This document shows, in pieces, positions 1 through 9,905 of a stretch of DNA of 64,000 nt. This DNA comes from Bdellovibrionota bacterium FG-1 (GTDB lineage Bacteria > Bdellovibrionota > UBA1018). The notes beneath the pieces are model-generated. The model had not been told where the DNA came from and did not search any database. It saw only the letters and a list, made by a program, of their open reading frames with translations. The position numbers and the translations under genes were made by a program. The DNA is taken from NCBI GenBank assembly GCA_051382295.1, contig JBBCAW010000012.1, positions 96,001 to 160,000 of the forward strand. Direction: 5' to 3'. Position 1 is the first letter of the stretch. The number at the start of each line of letters is the position of its first letter.

Positions 1-1921
1 CGGGAAGTCCCTTCATTTCACGGAAAATTTCCTTAAAATCCGCTTTTTGCATCGGAAGGATCTTGTCGAGCGCTTTGCGCCGTCCGGCTTCGTTATCAGC
101 CAGAATCATCTCCCGAACCGCATCGATTCGCTGAGTATCAAAGAACATATGTTCTGTGCGACAGAGGCCAATTCCTTCAGCGCCAAACTCACGGGCAACT
201 TTAGCGTCATTCGGAGTGTCTGCGTTGGTGCGGACGCCGATCTGACGAAATTGGTTGACCCACGTCATAAGTTCCTGAAAATCTTTGTTGACGGTGGGGA
301 CAATCGTATCGACTTGGCCCTTGATCACTTCGCCCGTGGAGCCGTCCAAGGTAATAAAGTCACCTTCTTTTAAGGTGAGTTTACCGACCTGAAGTTCTTT
401 GCGGTCGTAGCTGATCTTGAGGGTTGAACAGCCCGAAACACAGCATTTGCCCATTCCTCGCGCAACTACAGCCGCGTGCGAAGTCATGCCGCCTCGAGCG
501 GTCAAGATCCCTTCCGCCGCGGACATCCCGTGAATGTCTTCAGGGGATGTCTCAAGCCGCACCAAAATGACTTTTTTTCCGCGGTTTTGGAACCATTCTT
601 CGGCGGTATCGGGATCAAAAACAATTTGGCCCGTAGCCGCGCCAGGCGAAGCCGGAAGGCCCTTGGCAATGACATCCTTGTAAGCGTTGGGATCGAGTGT
701 GGGGTGAAGTAACTGATCGAGCTGTTCTGGTTGAACGCGCATGGTTGCTTCTTGTTTGGTGATGAGCCTTTCGCGAACCATGTCCGCTGCGATCTTAAGC
801 GAAGCCGCCGCCGTACGCTTGGCATTTCGAGTTTGGAGCATGTAGAGTTTGCCGCGTTCGATCGTAAACTCGATGTCTTGCATGTCGCGATAGTGTTTCT
901 CGAGTTTTTGATAGACCTTGACGAGTTGACCATAGGCCTTGGGCATGACGTGCTCAAGCGTGGGGAGCTTGTCGGCGTTCGCCTGCCGTGATTCTTCGTT
1001 GATCGGTTGCGGAGTGCGAATACCAGCCACGACGTCTTCGCCTTGGGCATTGATCAAAAATTCCCCAAAGAATTTTTTGTCGCCGGTCGATGGATCGCGA
1101 GTGAACGCGACTCCGGTGGCGCAATCATCCCCCATATTGCCGAAAACCATGGATTGGATATTGACGGCCGTGCCCCAGTTCTCCGGGATTTCGTTCAGTT
1201 TGCGATAGGTGATGGCGCGCGGGCTCATCCACGAACCAAATACCGCGCCCACGGCACCCCAGAGCTGCTCTAACGGATCTTCTGGAAACTTCTTACCGGC
1301 GAGTCGCACGAAATGCTTAAATCGGGCGACCAGCTCCTTGAGATCTTCAGCGCTCAGTTCCGTATCGAGTTCCACATTACGCTCATGTTTGAGCTCTTCG
1401 AGCGCGGATTCGAATTGGTTAGAATGGATATCGAGCACCACATCGGAGTACATGGTGATAAAGCGACGATAGCTGTCGTAGGCAAAGCGGGGGTCTTTGG
1501 ATTCGACAATCAGGCCTTCAATGGTTTCGTCGTTGAGACCCAGATTGAGGATCGTGTCCATCATGCCAGGCATTGAAGCACGCGCTCCGGAACGCACCGA
1601 AACCAGGAGCGGATTTGTTTTCGATCCAAATTTACGCCCCATGATCTTTTCAACTTTGACCAAGGCGGTCCGAACTTGTGCGTCGAGGGCCTTAGGGTAA
1701 GTCCTATTATTGGCGTAAAAATGAGAGCAGATGTCGGTCGTTAAGGTAAACCCCGGAGGAACCGGCAGCTTTAACTGAGTCATGGCATGCAAATTCGCGC
1801 CTTTGCCACCCAAGAGATTTTTCATTCCTTCGTGACCGTCGGCCTTGCCGGCGCCAAAGGAATAAACTAAGCGAGTGGGCAATGCTTTCGCCGATTTTTT
1901 GGCTGGTTTACGCATTGCCAT
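1..1921 (-). CDS. ppdK: Pyruvate, phosphate dikinase (runs off the window start; missing from the ORF track)
   Basis: Manual minus-strand translation from ATG 1921/1915: [58 protein letters not shown]; later [18 protein letters not shown] and [16 protein letters not shown] (phospho-His motif). Overlaps the glyQS stop. Confidence 0.97.
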   Translation of the reverse strand, partial: MAMRKPAKKSAKALPTRLVYSFGAGKADGHEGMKNLLGGKGANLHAMTQLKLPVPPGFTLTTDICSHFYANNRTYPKALDAQVRTALVKVEKIMGRKFGSKTNPLLVSVRSGARASMPGMMDTILNLGLNDETIEGLIVESKDPRFAYDSYRRFITMYSDVVLDIHSNQFESALEELKHERNVELDTELSAEDLKELVARFKHFVRLAGKKFPEDPLEQLWGAVGAVFGSWMSPRAITYRKLNEIPENWGTAVNIQSMVFGNMGDDCATGVAFTRDPSTGDKKFFGEFLINAQGEDVVAGIRTPQPINEESRQANADKLPTLEHVMPKAYGQLVKVYQKLEKHYRDMQDIEFTIERGKLYMLQTRNAKRTAAASLKIAADMVRERLITKQEATMRVQPEQLDQLLHPTLDPNAYKDVIAKGLPASPGAATGQIVFDPDTAEEWFQNRGKKVILVRLETSPEDIHGMSAAEGILTARGGMTSHAAVVARGMGKCCVSGCSTLKISYDRKELQVGKLTLKEGDFITLDGSTGEVIKGQVDTIVPTVNKDFQELMTWVNQFRQIGVRTNADTPNDAKVAREFGAEGIGLCRTEHMFFDTQRIDAVREMILADNEAGRRKALDKILPMQKADFKEIFREMKGLP

Positions 1922-3266
1922 TGGGCCAGTTTTCGATTTTGTCTTCGAGGTAGGAGCTGAGGCTTTCAGCACTGACCCTTTCTTGGGCCATGCTGTCGCG
2001 GTGGCGGACCGTGACCGTGTGGTTGGAGAGTGTGTCATAATCGATCGTGACTCCAAAGGGTGTACCGATTTCGTCTTGCCGGCGATACCTCTTGCCGATC
2101 GATCCTGCGTCATCGGTGGTGACGCGGAATCGTTTTTTGAGTTGCGTGAGAATTTTATCCGAATACTCCATGAGTTCGGGCTTTTTCATGAGGGGATATA
2201 TTGCGGCTTTGTAAGGCGCGAGTTTGGGATGAAACTGCAGCCAAGCGCGTTCTCCATCAAAACGATAGGCATCAACCAGTGAAACCAAAACAAAACGATC
2301 GCAGCCTACCGAAGTTTCAACAATAAAAGGCAGGAAGCGTTCTTTGGATTGTTCGTCGAAATATTCCAGCTTTTTGCCGCTAAATTTTTGATGTTGGGTC
2401 AAGTCGAAGTCCGAACGGTTATGAATCCCCTCAAGTTCTTGCCACCCAAATGGAAATTCATACTCAATATCGAAGGCCGCCTTGGCATAATGGGCGAGCT
2501 CCCCCGGGCCATGTTCGTGAAAGCGCAGCTTGTTTTTACGAATGCCCAAGTCGAAATGCCATTGAATGCGGGCTTGTTTCCATTTTTCAAACCACTCCAT
2601 GTCGGTGCTGGGTTTGACAAAAAACTGCATCTCCATCTGCTCGAATTCCCGGGTGCGGAAAATAAAGTTTCCAGGCGTAATTTCGTTACGGAAGGCTTTG
2701 CCAATCTGGGCGATGCCAAAGGGAAGTTTTTGCCGCGCAGACTGCTGGACATTCAAAAAATTAACGTAAATACCTTGCGCGGTTTCTGGACGAAGAAAAA
2801 CCACTGAGGCCGCATCTTCCAGCGGACCCATGAAGGTTTTAAACATCAAATTGAAATTGCGGGGTTCTGTCAGTTCGCAATCCGACGTTTCCCCGGGATG
2901 TTTACTGGGTTTTTGGCCACAAGCGGCCATATCCAGTTTGTCAGCGCGAAAGCGGCCTTTACATTTTTTGCAATCGACCATCGGATCTGAAAAGCCAGCA
3001 ATGTGACCCGAGGCTTCCCACACTTTGGGGTGCATGAGAATCGCGGCATCCAGGCCTTCGATGTCTTCACGATCGGTCATCCACCGCCACCAAGCCTCTT
3101 TGACATTGCGCTTCAGTTCGATGCCCAGCGGGCCGTAATCCCAGCAGGCATTGATACCGCCGTATATTTCACTCGAAGGAAATACGAATCCGCGTCGTTT
3201 ACAAAGGGAGACGAGTTCGGCCATGTCTTTGAGGTCTTGAGCCGGTGGGGTGATAGTTTCACTCAT
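1908..3266 (-). CDS. glyQS: Glycine--tRNA ligase, alpha2 (homodimeric) type
   Basis: [62 protein letters not shown] anticodon domain; start placed at MSETIT (3266). Confidence 0.96.
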   Translation of the reverse strand: MSETITPPAQDLKDMAELVSLCKRRGFVFPSSEIYGGINACWDYGPLGIELKRNVKEAWWRWMTDREDIEGLDAAILMHPKVWEASGHIAGFSDPMVDCKKCKGRFRADKLDMAACGQKPSKHPGETSDCELTEPRNFNLMFKTFMGPLEDAASVVFLRPETAQGIYVNFLNVQQSARQKLPFGIAQIGKAFRNEITPGNFIFRTREFEQMEMQFFVKPSTDMEWFEKWKQARIQWHFDLGIRKNKLRFHEHGPGELAHYAKAAFDIEYEFPFGWQELEGIHNRSDFDLTQHQKFSGKKLEYFDEQSKERFLPFIVETSVGCDRFVLVSLVDAYRFDGERAWLQFHPKLAPYKAAIYPLMKKPELMEYSDKILTQLKKRFRVTTDDAGSIGKRYRRQDEIGTPFGVTIDYDTLSNHTVTVRHRDSMAQERVSAESLSSYLEDKIENWPNGNA

Positions 3267-3312
3267 GATCTCTTCGGGATAGCAGAGCCCCAACGGACAG
3301 GCAATGATCAAG

Positions 3313-3762
3313 TTAGGTGGCCACTCCGAGGTAGCAAACTCCAGGGTTGAGCCGAAAAGGAACCCAAATAACGCGCCCAGGAATAGGAAAGCCCTTGGGT
3401 AAAAGGGGCGATGCGTCCCGCTGAATTTCGACCGGATTTCCGAGGCGTGGTTTGATTCCCCGATAAAAAAACTCTTGGCCTGCGCGGCGAATGAGTGAAT
3501 CCCAAAGCTGTTGAGGGGCGATGCCCAATTTCTGACGGCAATCTGTGTCTACGCCCAAAAGTGCAAACCCCAGAGATTCGCTTTGTCCTGTTGCAAAGGA
3601 GATCGAACAAAGCAGAGCGTCGGGGAGGCCAGAAGCTGGAAATGCCAGCTCTCGTTGGCGGATGGGCATGCCGAGTTCGGGTTTTGGCTCGGGGTGACGT
3701 TGGATGAGCTCATCGATCAGAGCGGAGTGAAGGGATTCAAGAAGCGCGGTCCATGGACTCAT
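3313..3762 (-). CDS. Hypothetical protein, possibly a degenerate CheX-like fold
   Basis: 149-aa ORF in operon context between msbA and glyQS; C-terminal [17 protein letters not shown] resembles the CheX terminal hairpin. Confidence 0.6.
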   Translation of the reverse strand: MSPWTALLESLHSALIDELIQRHPEPKPELGMPIRQRELAFPASGLPDALLCSISFATGQSESLGFALLGVDTDCRQKLGIAPQQLWDSLIRRAGQEFFYRGIKPRLGNPVEIQRDASPLLPKGFPIPGRVIWVPFRLNPGVCYLGVAT

Positions 3763-3778
3763 TTTGAATCCTCACAGG

Positions 3779-5518
3779 TCAGTGTTGGTGAAGTTGATGA
3801 AAATGGGCATATTCGCCGCCTCGATCGAGGAGTTCCTGGTGAGTTCCTCTTTCCACGATTTCGCCGTCTTTGAGGACTAATATTGCATCTGCATGTCGAA
3901 TGGTCGATAGCCTGTGGGCAATGATGATCGAGGTTCGGTTGACCATCAGCTCGTCCAATGCTTCCTGAACCGCTCGTTCGCTTTTGGTGTCTAGGCTGGA
4001 TGTGGCCTCGTCGAGAATGAGGATCGGCGCTTCGCGTAAAAAGGCGCGCGCAATTGAGATTCGTTGACGCTCACCACCCGAGAGTTTTTGGCCACGATCC
4101 CCAATAATACTTTGGAACCCCTCTGGAAGGGTTTCAATAAAGTCGAGGGCATGAGCCCGGCGGGCCGCCTCTCGAATTTCTGTTTTGGTCGCCCCAAGAC
4201 GTCCGCAGCGAATATTTTCTTCGATGGTGTCGTTGAACAAAAAAACATCTTGGCTGACCACCGCGACCTGCTTGCGGAGGCTTTCGAGAGTGTATTCGCG
4301 AATATTGTGACCATCAATGAGGATTTGGCCTCCGGTGACATCAAAAATTCGTGGCAATAAGCTGACGAGTGAGCTTTTTCCAGCGCCGCTCTGTCCCGCA
4401 ATTGCGATGGCGTGTCCGCGTTTGACGGTAAAATTAACCTTCTTCAGAATCTCGCGGGCCGGTGCATCAGGATAAGCAAAGCTGACATTTTCAAATTGGA
4501 GATCTTGCTCAAATGTTCGTAAAACTCGGGGTTGAACAGTTTCTTTTAGGTGGGGTTCCCAGTCAAACAATTCAAAGATACGTTGGCATGCGCCTGCGGC
4601 TTGGCTGAGCTTGATGTTCACTTCGTTCATATTGCGAAGCGGAGTGGTCATCAGTGCGAAAGTTCCAAAAAAAGCCAAAAGATCGCCCGGACTCATCCAC
4701 CCCTTGATAATCTGGCGACCGCCAAAATAGACCATAATGGCCATTAAAAAGGCGAACAGTAACTCCACCAGGGGGTGGGCGACCTCTTCAAGAGCGGCAA
4801 TTTTGAGGTAAATTTTCGTGAAATTTTCGCTTTTTTCCCGAAATTTTTTGCGCGAATATTTTTCGAGTTTAAAGGCTTTGAGGGTGCGAATGCCGACAAA
4901 ACTTTCTTGGAGAGTGGAATAGAGCCGCGCGTTTTCGGCGGTGAGTTTTCCGATATAACGCTTGAGGTTTCGGCCGGTGACCGCAAAAACCCAGGCGAGA
5001 GGTGGAAACACTAATAAAGTGACTAAAGTTAAACGCCAATTGAGTTTGAGTGAATAGGCAAAGAGAACGATAAACGTAATCGGCTCTCGGACGATAATAT
5101 TGATGCAGGAAAGACCGCCATCAATGAATTGAGGATCGACCCCCACCCGGGAGATGAGGGTGCCGGTGCTTTGCTGAGTGAAATAGTCAGCAGAAAGTCC
5201 CAAGACGTGTTCAAAAAGTTCGTTTTTGAGTTTTTGATTCACGCGTCCAATGACTATGCGCAGTAAATAATAATGAAAAAACCGAACCACAAAATTGGCG
5301 AGGTAAAGTCCAATGATGAGCCAGGGCAAATAGGCGAGGATTGAGGTGTCCCGGCGCACCAGGAGATCGTCACCCACAATCTTGAGGAGATAGGCCGGCG
5401 TGGCGCGAAGGGCTGAAAGCGGGATCGCGAGTAAGGTGCTTGCTAAAATCAGCGGCCAATAGGGCTCGAGATACGGCCTAAGACGGAGAAGGGATTTCAT
5501 GGTTCGTCTATCAGTCAC
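3779..5518 (-). CDS. msbA: MsbA-like ABC exporter (permease + ATPase)
   Basis: N-terminal TM helices, Walker A GQSGAGKS, LSGGERQR signature, ILDEATSSLD, AHRLST; alternative start ATG 5500. Confidence 0.85.
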   Translation of the reverse strand: MTDRRTMKSLLRLRPYLEPYWPLILASTLLAIPLSALRATPAYLLKIVGDDLLVRRDTSILAYLPWLIIGLYLANFVVRFFHYYLLRIVIGRVNQKLKNELFEHVLGLSADYFTQQSTGTLISRVGVDPQFIDGGLSCINIIVREPITFIVLFAYSLKLNWRLTLVTLLVFPPLAWVFAVTGRNLKRYIGKLTAENARLYSTLQESFVGIRTLKAFKLEKYSRKKFREKSENFTKIYLKIAALEEVAHPLVELLFAFLMAIMVYFGGRQIIKGWMSPGDLLAFFGTFALMTTPLRNMNEVNIKLSQAAGACQRIFELFDWEPHLKETVQPRVLRTFEQDLQFENVSFAYPDAPAREILKKVNFTVKRGHAIAIAGQSGAGKSSLVSLLPRIFDVTGGQILIDGHNIREYTLESLRKQVAVVSQDVFLFNDTIEENIRCGRLGATKTEIREAARRAHALDFIETLPEGFQSIIGDRGQKLSGGERQRISIARAFLREAPILILDEATSSLDTKSERAVQEALDELMVNRTSIIIAHRLSTIRHADAILVLKDGEIVERGTHQELLDRGGEYAHFHQLHQH

Positions 5519-5579
5519 ATATTTTGGTCAAATTCGCCAGCGTCTAGACACACGGCTTCTTCAGACATATGGTCTTAAA

Positions 5580-7145
5580 ATGGCAAAAGTCTTGGTCATC
5601 GGTGGCGCAGGTTATGTCGGAGGGACGGTGTGCGCCTGGCTTTTAGATCAGGGGCACTCTGTTTGGGTCTTAGATGACTATTCGACAGGCCATCGCGAAT
5701 GGACGGCTCGTCTGCCCGGAGTCCAGGCGTTTATTGATGCGCGGGTAGGGGATCGTCAGGTCGTGCAGGCCCTGCTTGAGCGCGAGCGTTTTGATTGTGT
5801 GATGCATTTTGCGGGCAAAGCGATTGTCGCGGAAAGTGTCGTAAGTCCTCGAGTTTATTATGAAAATAATGTAAATCAAACCAAAGAGTTGATGGAGGCG
5901 ATGCTTTCGGCGGGAGTTCGTCGTCTCATTTTTTCGTCCTCATGTGCGGTTTTTGGTGATCCCGGTCCTACGGTTGAACGGATGGGCGAGGGGCTGCCCA
6001 AAAATCCAATGAACCCTTACGGAGCCACCAAGCTTGAAGTCGAGCGCATGCTCGAGGAGTATGCACGCGACCGAGGGTTACAGGCGATTGCGCTGAGGTA
6101 TTTCAATGCGGCAGGCGCTGATTTCAAGGGTCGCGTCGGTGAATGGCATGACCCTGAAACGCACTTGATTCCGCTGATGCTTAAGGCAGCGCTTGCGGAA
6201 AAAGAGATCGAAGTTTTTGGAACCGATTATCCCACTCCGGACGGAACTGCGATTCGTGATTACGTCCATGTTTGGGATCTTGCGGAGGCACATGGTGCAG
6301 CGATGAAGCGGCTGCTTTCGTTAGGTGAGGCGGGGTGCTTTGAGGTTTATCATCTGGGCAGCGAGCGAGGCTATTCGGTTTTGGAGATGGTTCGCGCTTG
6401 TGAGCAGGCGATTGGCAAAAAAATACGATTTAAGGCATGCTCGAGACGCTCGGGTGATCCCGCTCGCCTGGTGGCCGATGCCTCGCGTGCGCGGGAGGTT
6501 TTGGGCTTTAGACCGATGGACGGCGCACTTGAAAGAATATTTTCGTCGGCTTGGAACTGGGAAGGGCTTCGGGCGCAGGTTTCACGTAAGTCTTTTCGAG
6601 CGGTGTTTTTGGATCGGGATGGAACGATCAACATGGATCCCGGCTATATTTCGGACCCTTCGCAAATGAAGTTGATTCCGGGGGTCGGTAAGGCCATGGC
6701 CCAGCTGATGAAGGCTGGTTTTAAGCTGGTGGTGGTTTCGAATCAGTCGGGCATTGCCCGAGGCGTGATCAAACCGGAAATTTTGCCAAAAATTCATGCT
6801 CGCATGGAGGAGTTGCTTGCTCCTGCGGGCGCACGAATCGATCATTATGAACTCTGCCTGCATCGGCCTGAGGATGATTGCGAATGTCGCAAGCCCAAAC
6901 CTAAACTCATTCAAGACGGGGCGCGGGCGCTGGGAATTGATTTAGCTCAATCTTACATGGTCGGCGATAAATTATCGGATATCTTGAGTGGGATTCAAGC
7001 GGGCTGCAAGGCGAGTCTATTGGTGCGCACCGGCCATGGCATGGATACGGAAAAACAGCTGACTCCCGGGCAAGTCGCTTTTATCGGAAATTCTCTGCGT
7101 GAGGTAGTACGCTGGATTTTAGGTCAAGAAACCGGAGGCCTTTGA
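5580..7145 (+). CDS. galE-gmhB: Fused UDP-glucose 4-epimerase + D,D-heptose 1,7-bisphosphate phosphatase (GalE-GmhB)
   Basis: GGAGYVG Rossmann motif, YGATK, LRYFNAAGA, PETHLIP, IRDYVHV; then in frame AVFLDRDGTIN HAD motif, SNQSG, CLHRPEDDCECRKP Zn site, GDKLSD. Confidence 0.92.
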   Translation: MAKVLVIGGAGYVGGTVCAWLLDQGHSVWVLDDYSTGHREWTARLPGVQAFIDARVGDRQVVQALLERERFDCVMHFAGKAIVAESVVSPRVYYENNVNQTKELMEAMLSAGVRRLIFSSSCAVFGDPGPTVERMGEGLPKNPMNPYGATKLEVERMLEEYARDRGLQAIALRYFNAAGADFKGRVGEWHDPETHLIPLMLKAALAEKEIEVFGTDYPTPDGTAIRDYVHVWDLAEAHGAAMKRLLSLGEAGCFEVYHLGSERGYSVLEMVRACEQAIGKKIRFKACSRRSGDPARLVADASRAREVLGFRPMDGALERIFSSAWNWEGLRAQVSRKSFRAVFLDRDGTINMDPGYISDPSQMKLIPGVGKAMAQLMKAGFKLVVVSNQSGIARGVIKPEILPKIHARMEELLAPAGARIDHYELCLHRPEDDCECRKPKPKLIQDGARALGIDLAQSYMVGDKLSDILSGIQAGCKASLLVRTGHGMDTEKQLTPGQVAFIGNSLREVVRWILGQETGGL

Positions 7146-7932
7146 GAGGTTGCTGATCAAAGCCTGGGACATGATAAATAAACAGGGCTTCTAAAAATTT
7201 AAAAAGGTCCTGGTGCTCCGCCCTCGATGCGGTGGCTTGCGCCGAGATTTGTCGGATTGGTAATCTCAGGCTTAAGAAAAAATCCTGAATCGCGGCGGGC
7301 GTGATTCTCAAAAGTGAGTGTTCAAAGGCGCCTCGGTTTTCAATGGTGTGGGTATGATTTTCTCGGCAATGTTCGCAAACCCAACCGGCGTCGGCTACCC
7401 GACAACTGAGTGAAAGCCGAAGGTCGAGGGTCTCGATCGAAGTTTCGCAACCCAGGCAAGCGTGCAGGCGGGGTTGGCTTCCGTTCCATTGCAGGACCTT
7501 GGCGAGGTAGGCGTTCAGGATCGAAAGCGGAAGACCTCCTTTGGCAATGGAGACCTCTTCGAGCGTCGCGAGCGCGTTGGCGTGAAGCCTGAAAAGTTCC
7601 TCGCAGGGCTCCTGTTGGGGTGCCACGCGAAGCATGAGTTCGTTCAGCACGCTCGCCATGGAAAGGCGCTCAAAGTCTTTGCGCAAGCCTTCGTAAGACT
7701 TCTTGATGTGCGCTTCGCTTAAGAAAACGAGTTCGTGGCCCGGTTTTTCAGTGAAAAGCCACTCGCTTGCCGCGAAGGGCTCGAGCGCTCCACCGAAACG
7801 GCGCGAAGCAACCGAGTTTTTTGCCATAGCCGTGATTTTGCCATGCGCCTCGGTGAGCGCGACCACAATGCGGTGGCGTTCTTCAAAGGGGGTGACACGG
7901 AGAATGATGGCGATATCGCGTTTTTGGATCAC
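7081..7932 (-). CDS. recO: DNA repair protein RecO
   Basis: AIILRVTPFEERHRIV..LT..HGKI.AMAK..SRRFGGALEPF OB-fold; CxxC..CxxC Zn ribbon; start placed at GTG 7932; 3' end overlaps galE-gmhB convergently. Confidence 0.88.
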   Translation of the reverse strand: MIQKRDIAIILRVTPFEERHRIVVALTEAHGKITAMAKNSVASRRFGGALEPFAASEWLFTEKPGHELVFLSEAHIKKSYEGLRKDFERLSMASVLNELMLRVAPQQEPCEELFRLHANALATLEEVSIAKGGLPLSILNAYLAKVLQWNGSQPRLHACLGCETSIETLDLRLSLSCRVADAGWVCEHCRENHTHTIENRGAFEHSLLRITPAAIQDFFLSLRLPIRQISAQATASRAEHQDLFKFLEALFIYHVPGFDQQPLKGLRFLDLKSSVLPHAENFR

Positions 7933-7995
7933 GGTCGATACGACGTGTATCGTATGGGGGCGAGGGGGGGCAAGGAGCAAAACAGGAAGACCCCC

Positions 7996-8026
7996 GGATG
8001 AAGCCCCTTTCTGCGAGGCTTCATCC
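7996..8026 (-). terminator. Stem-loop just downstream of the SnoaL-like gene (possible terminator)
   Basis: GGATGAAGCC (7996-8005) and GGCTTCATCC (8017-8026) are a perfect 10-bp inverted repeat 10 nt after the stop; the U-tract is weak. Confidence 0.5.
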
Positions 8027-8036
8027 AGAGGCTTTG

Positions 8037-8468
8037 TTACGCTGCTCGTTTCACCGAGGCTGCCCCGATTTGATTGAGTAGGATCGTGGCGGCATAATAG
8101 CAACTGAGCGACTCAATCTTGCCATTTTTTAGCCGAATGATATCACAGCTCGGGACGTTGATTTTTTTGCCGGAGGCGGGAAGAAGCCCTTGTGGGCTTT
8201 GCATTGGGCCGGTTTGAGTGCCGACTAATGAAAGTTCAGCACAGAGAACATCACCGCTTCCAATGACGTTTGAGACCTGAAACTTCATATCAGGCAATGC
8301 CTTGAGCCAGCCCTCGGCCATCTTGCGAATCTCGGCTTTTCCCCGATAGACGTGGTCTGTCGAAACGTCTTTGAATTGTCCGTCATCTGAAAAAAATGAC
8401 GTAAACTTTTCAAAATTATGGCTGTTCATTGCATCATAAAAGGACCGGACGAGTTGTTCTTGATTCAT
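8037..8468 (-). CDS. SnoaL-like / ester cyclase (NTF2-like) protein
   Basis: LVRSFYDAMNSH..F..D, ALPDMKF, GTQTGP, PASGKKI, DIIRLKNGKI; SD AGGAG upstream. Confidence 0.85.
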   Translation of the reverse strand: MNQEQLVRSFYDAMNSHNFEKFTSFFSDDGQFKDVSTDHVYRGKAEIRKMAEGWLKALPDMKFQVSNVIGSGDVLCAELSLVGTQTGPMQSPQGLLPASGKKINVPSCDIIRLKNGKIESLSCYYAATILLNQIGAASVKRAA

Positions 8469-8512
8469 GAGAGTTTCTCCTGGAAAAGGGGTTCTAGTTT
8501 TGGTTTGGGTTT

Positions 8513-8530
8513 ATGCAAAAAAAGGTCCAA
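8513..8530 (-). promoter_or_regulatory. Putative sigma54 (-24/-12) promoter of the SnoaL-like gene
   Basis: Minus strand TTGGACCTTTTTTTGCAT: GG-N10-GC spacing with TTGCA -12 element, about 45 nt upstream of the start. Confidence 0.55.
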
Positions 8531-8589
8531 GTCAAACATCTCGCCCCAATTATCTTTAACTAGGTGTATTCAAAAGACTTCTAACTAAC

Positions 8590-8620
8590 TGAATATTTAA
8601 AGTACTATTTTAAATATTCA
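8590..8620. promoter_or_regulatory. 12-bp perfect inverted repeat (operator-like) upstream of the AAA-DUF4143 gene
   Basis: TGAATATTTAAA-gtactat-TTTAAATATTCA, followed by an extended -10-like TGaTAATTT 7 nt before ATG 8637. Confidence 0.65.
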
Positions 8621-8636
8621 TGATAATTTAAAGTTG

Positions 8637-9776
8637 ATGTTTAACCGCGCGCTTCACTTACCCCTTCACCCCTCTGACTCTTTTTTTCTCTGGGGTCCGC
8701 GGCAAGCTGGAAAATCAACGCTTCTCAAATCGACCTATCCGGGAGTGCGCAAGATCGATCTACTCCAAGCCGATGAATACCGACGGTATCTCGAACGGCC
8801 AGAGCTTCTTCGACAAGAAATGCCTCAGGGCACTCGTCTTATGTTGATTGACGAAATTCAAAAAGTCCCTGCCCTACTCGATGAGGTCCACTGGCTCATC
8901 GAAAATCGTAATATTCAATTCGGACTTTGTGGCTCGAGCGCGCGAAAAGTTCGCAAAGGTCATGCTAATTTATTAGGTGGACGGGCGGTGCGGTTTGAAC
9001 TATTTGGCCTGGTGTCCTCAGAACTAGGTGACGCTTTTGATCTGGATAGGATATTGAATCATGGATATTTACCCAGACATTATTCCAGCGCAAGCCCTCT
9101 TCGCCTGCTTAATTCCTACGTGGCAGACTACCTCAAAGAAGAGATTGCCGCCGAAGGTTTGGTGCGTAATCTACCCTCTTTTTCGGGATTTTTGAATATT
9201 GCAGCACTTTCGGACACGGAGGTCGTCAATTTCTCGACCATCGCCCGGGACGTGGGCGTATCGAGTCCGACGGTCAAAGGCTATTTTGATATTCTCGTTG
9301 ATACTTTGTTGGGGCGATGGCTTCCAGCCTATCGCAAACGACCTAAGAGACGAATGATCCTTTCACCCAAGTTTTATTTTTCTGACGTCGGCGTGGTTAA
9401 TTTTCTAGCTAAACGGAATCGCTTAGAACCAGGAACCGAACTTTATGGAAAGGCGTTTGAAAATTGGGTCTTTCATGAGTTGACTGCCTATCACTCGTAT
9501 CGTGAAACCTTCGCGGACCTGTCCTTTTGGCGTGCAACCAGTGGCGTGGAGGTCGACTTTATCGTCAACAACATGGAGATCGCCATTGAAGTCAAATCGA
9601 GTTCGAGGTTGACCTCGGACCATCTCAAAGGCCTTCGCGAACTCAAAACCGATCACCCGTCGGTAAGACGTCGAGTGGTCATCTGCCTTGAGTCCAAACC
9701 AAGAATCACAGAAGATGGAATTGAAATACTGCCGGCGAAGCATTTTGCAGAACGCCTCTGGAGCAACGCGCTTTGA
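8637..9776 (+). CDS. AAA+ ATPase (AAA_14) with DUF4143 / PD-(D/E)XK-like C-terminus
   Basis: GPRQAGKST Walker A, LIDEIQK Walker B, GSSARK, KFYFSDVG, GKAFEN, EVDFIV..AIEVK. Confidence 0.9.
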   Translation: MFNRALHLPLHPSDSFFLWGPRQAGKSTLLKSTYPGVRKIDLLQADEYRRYLERPELLRQEMPQGTRLMLIDEIQKVPALLDEVHWLIENRNIQFGLCGSSARKVRKGHANLLGGRAVRFELFGLVSSELGDAFDLDRILNHGYLPRHYSSASPLRLLNSYVADYLKEEIAAEGLVRNLPSFSGFLNIAALSDTEVVNFSTIARDVGVSSPTVKGYFDILVDTLLGRWLPAYRKRPKRRMILSPKFYFSDVGVVNFLAKRNRLEPGTELYGKAFENWVFHELTAYHSYRETFADLSFWRATSGVEVDFIVNNMEIAIEVKSSSRLTSDHLKGLRELKTDHPSVRRRVVICLESKPRITEDGIEILPAKHFAERLWSNAL

Positions 9777-9869
9777 AAAGACAGAAGCCCACAGAAGCCC
9801 GATAAAACCGACATTTTTATGGCGCGACCCCCGAGTTTTCTCATTCCATAGACCTTATGATTCTCTTTT

Positions 9870-9896
9870 TAAAGACGGATGTTTGTGGACCGATAA
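9870..9896 (+). promoter_or_regulatory. Putative sigma28 (FliA) promoter
   Basis: TAAA(9870-73)-N15-ACCGATAA(9889-96): one mismatch to TAAA-N15-GCCGATAA, 9 nt before the GTG at 9906. Confidence 0.65.
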
Positions 9897-9905
9897 GTAT
9901 TTTAG

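Noticed and set aside
47..1700. Plus-strand and alternative-frame ORFs in the first 1.9 kb
   Set aside because: Shadows of ppdK, which the ORF track misses because it is truncated at the window edge.
7933..8103. N-terminal extension of recO in the ORF track
   Set aside because: Overlaps the SnoaL-like gene and a hairpin; RecO similarity begins near GTG 7932.
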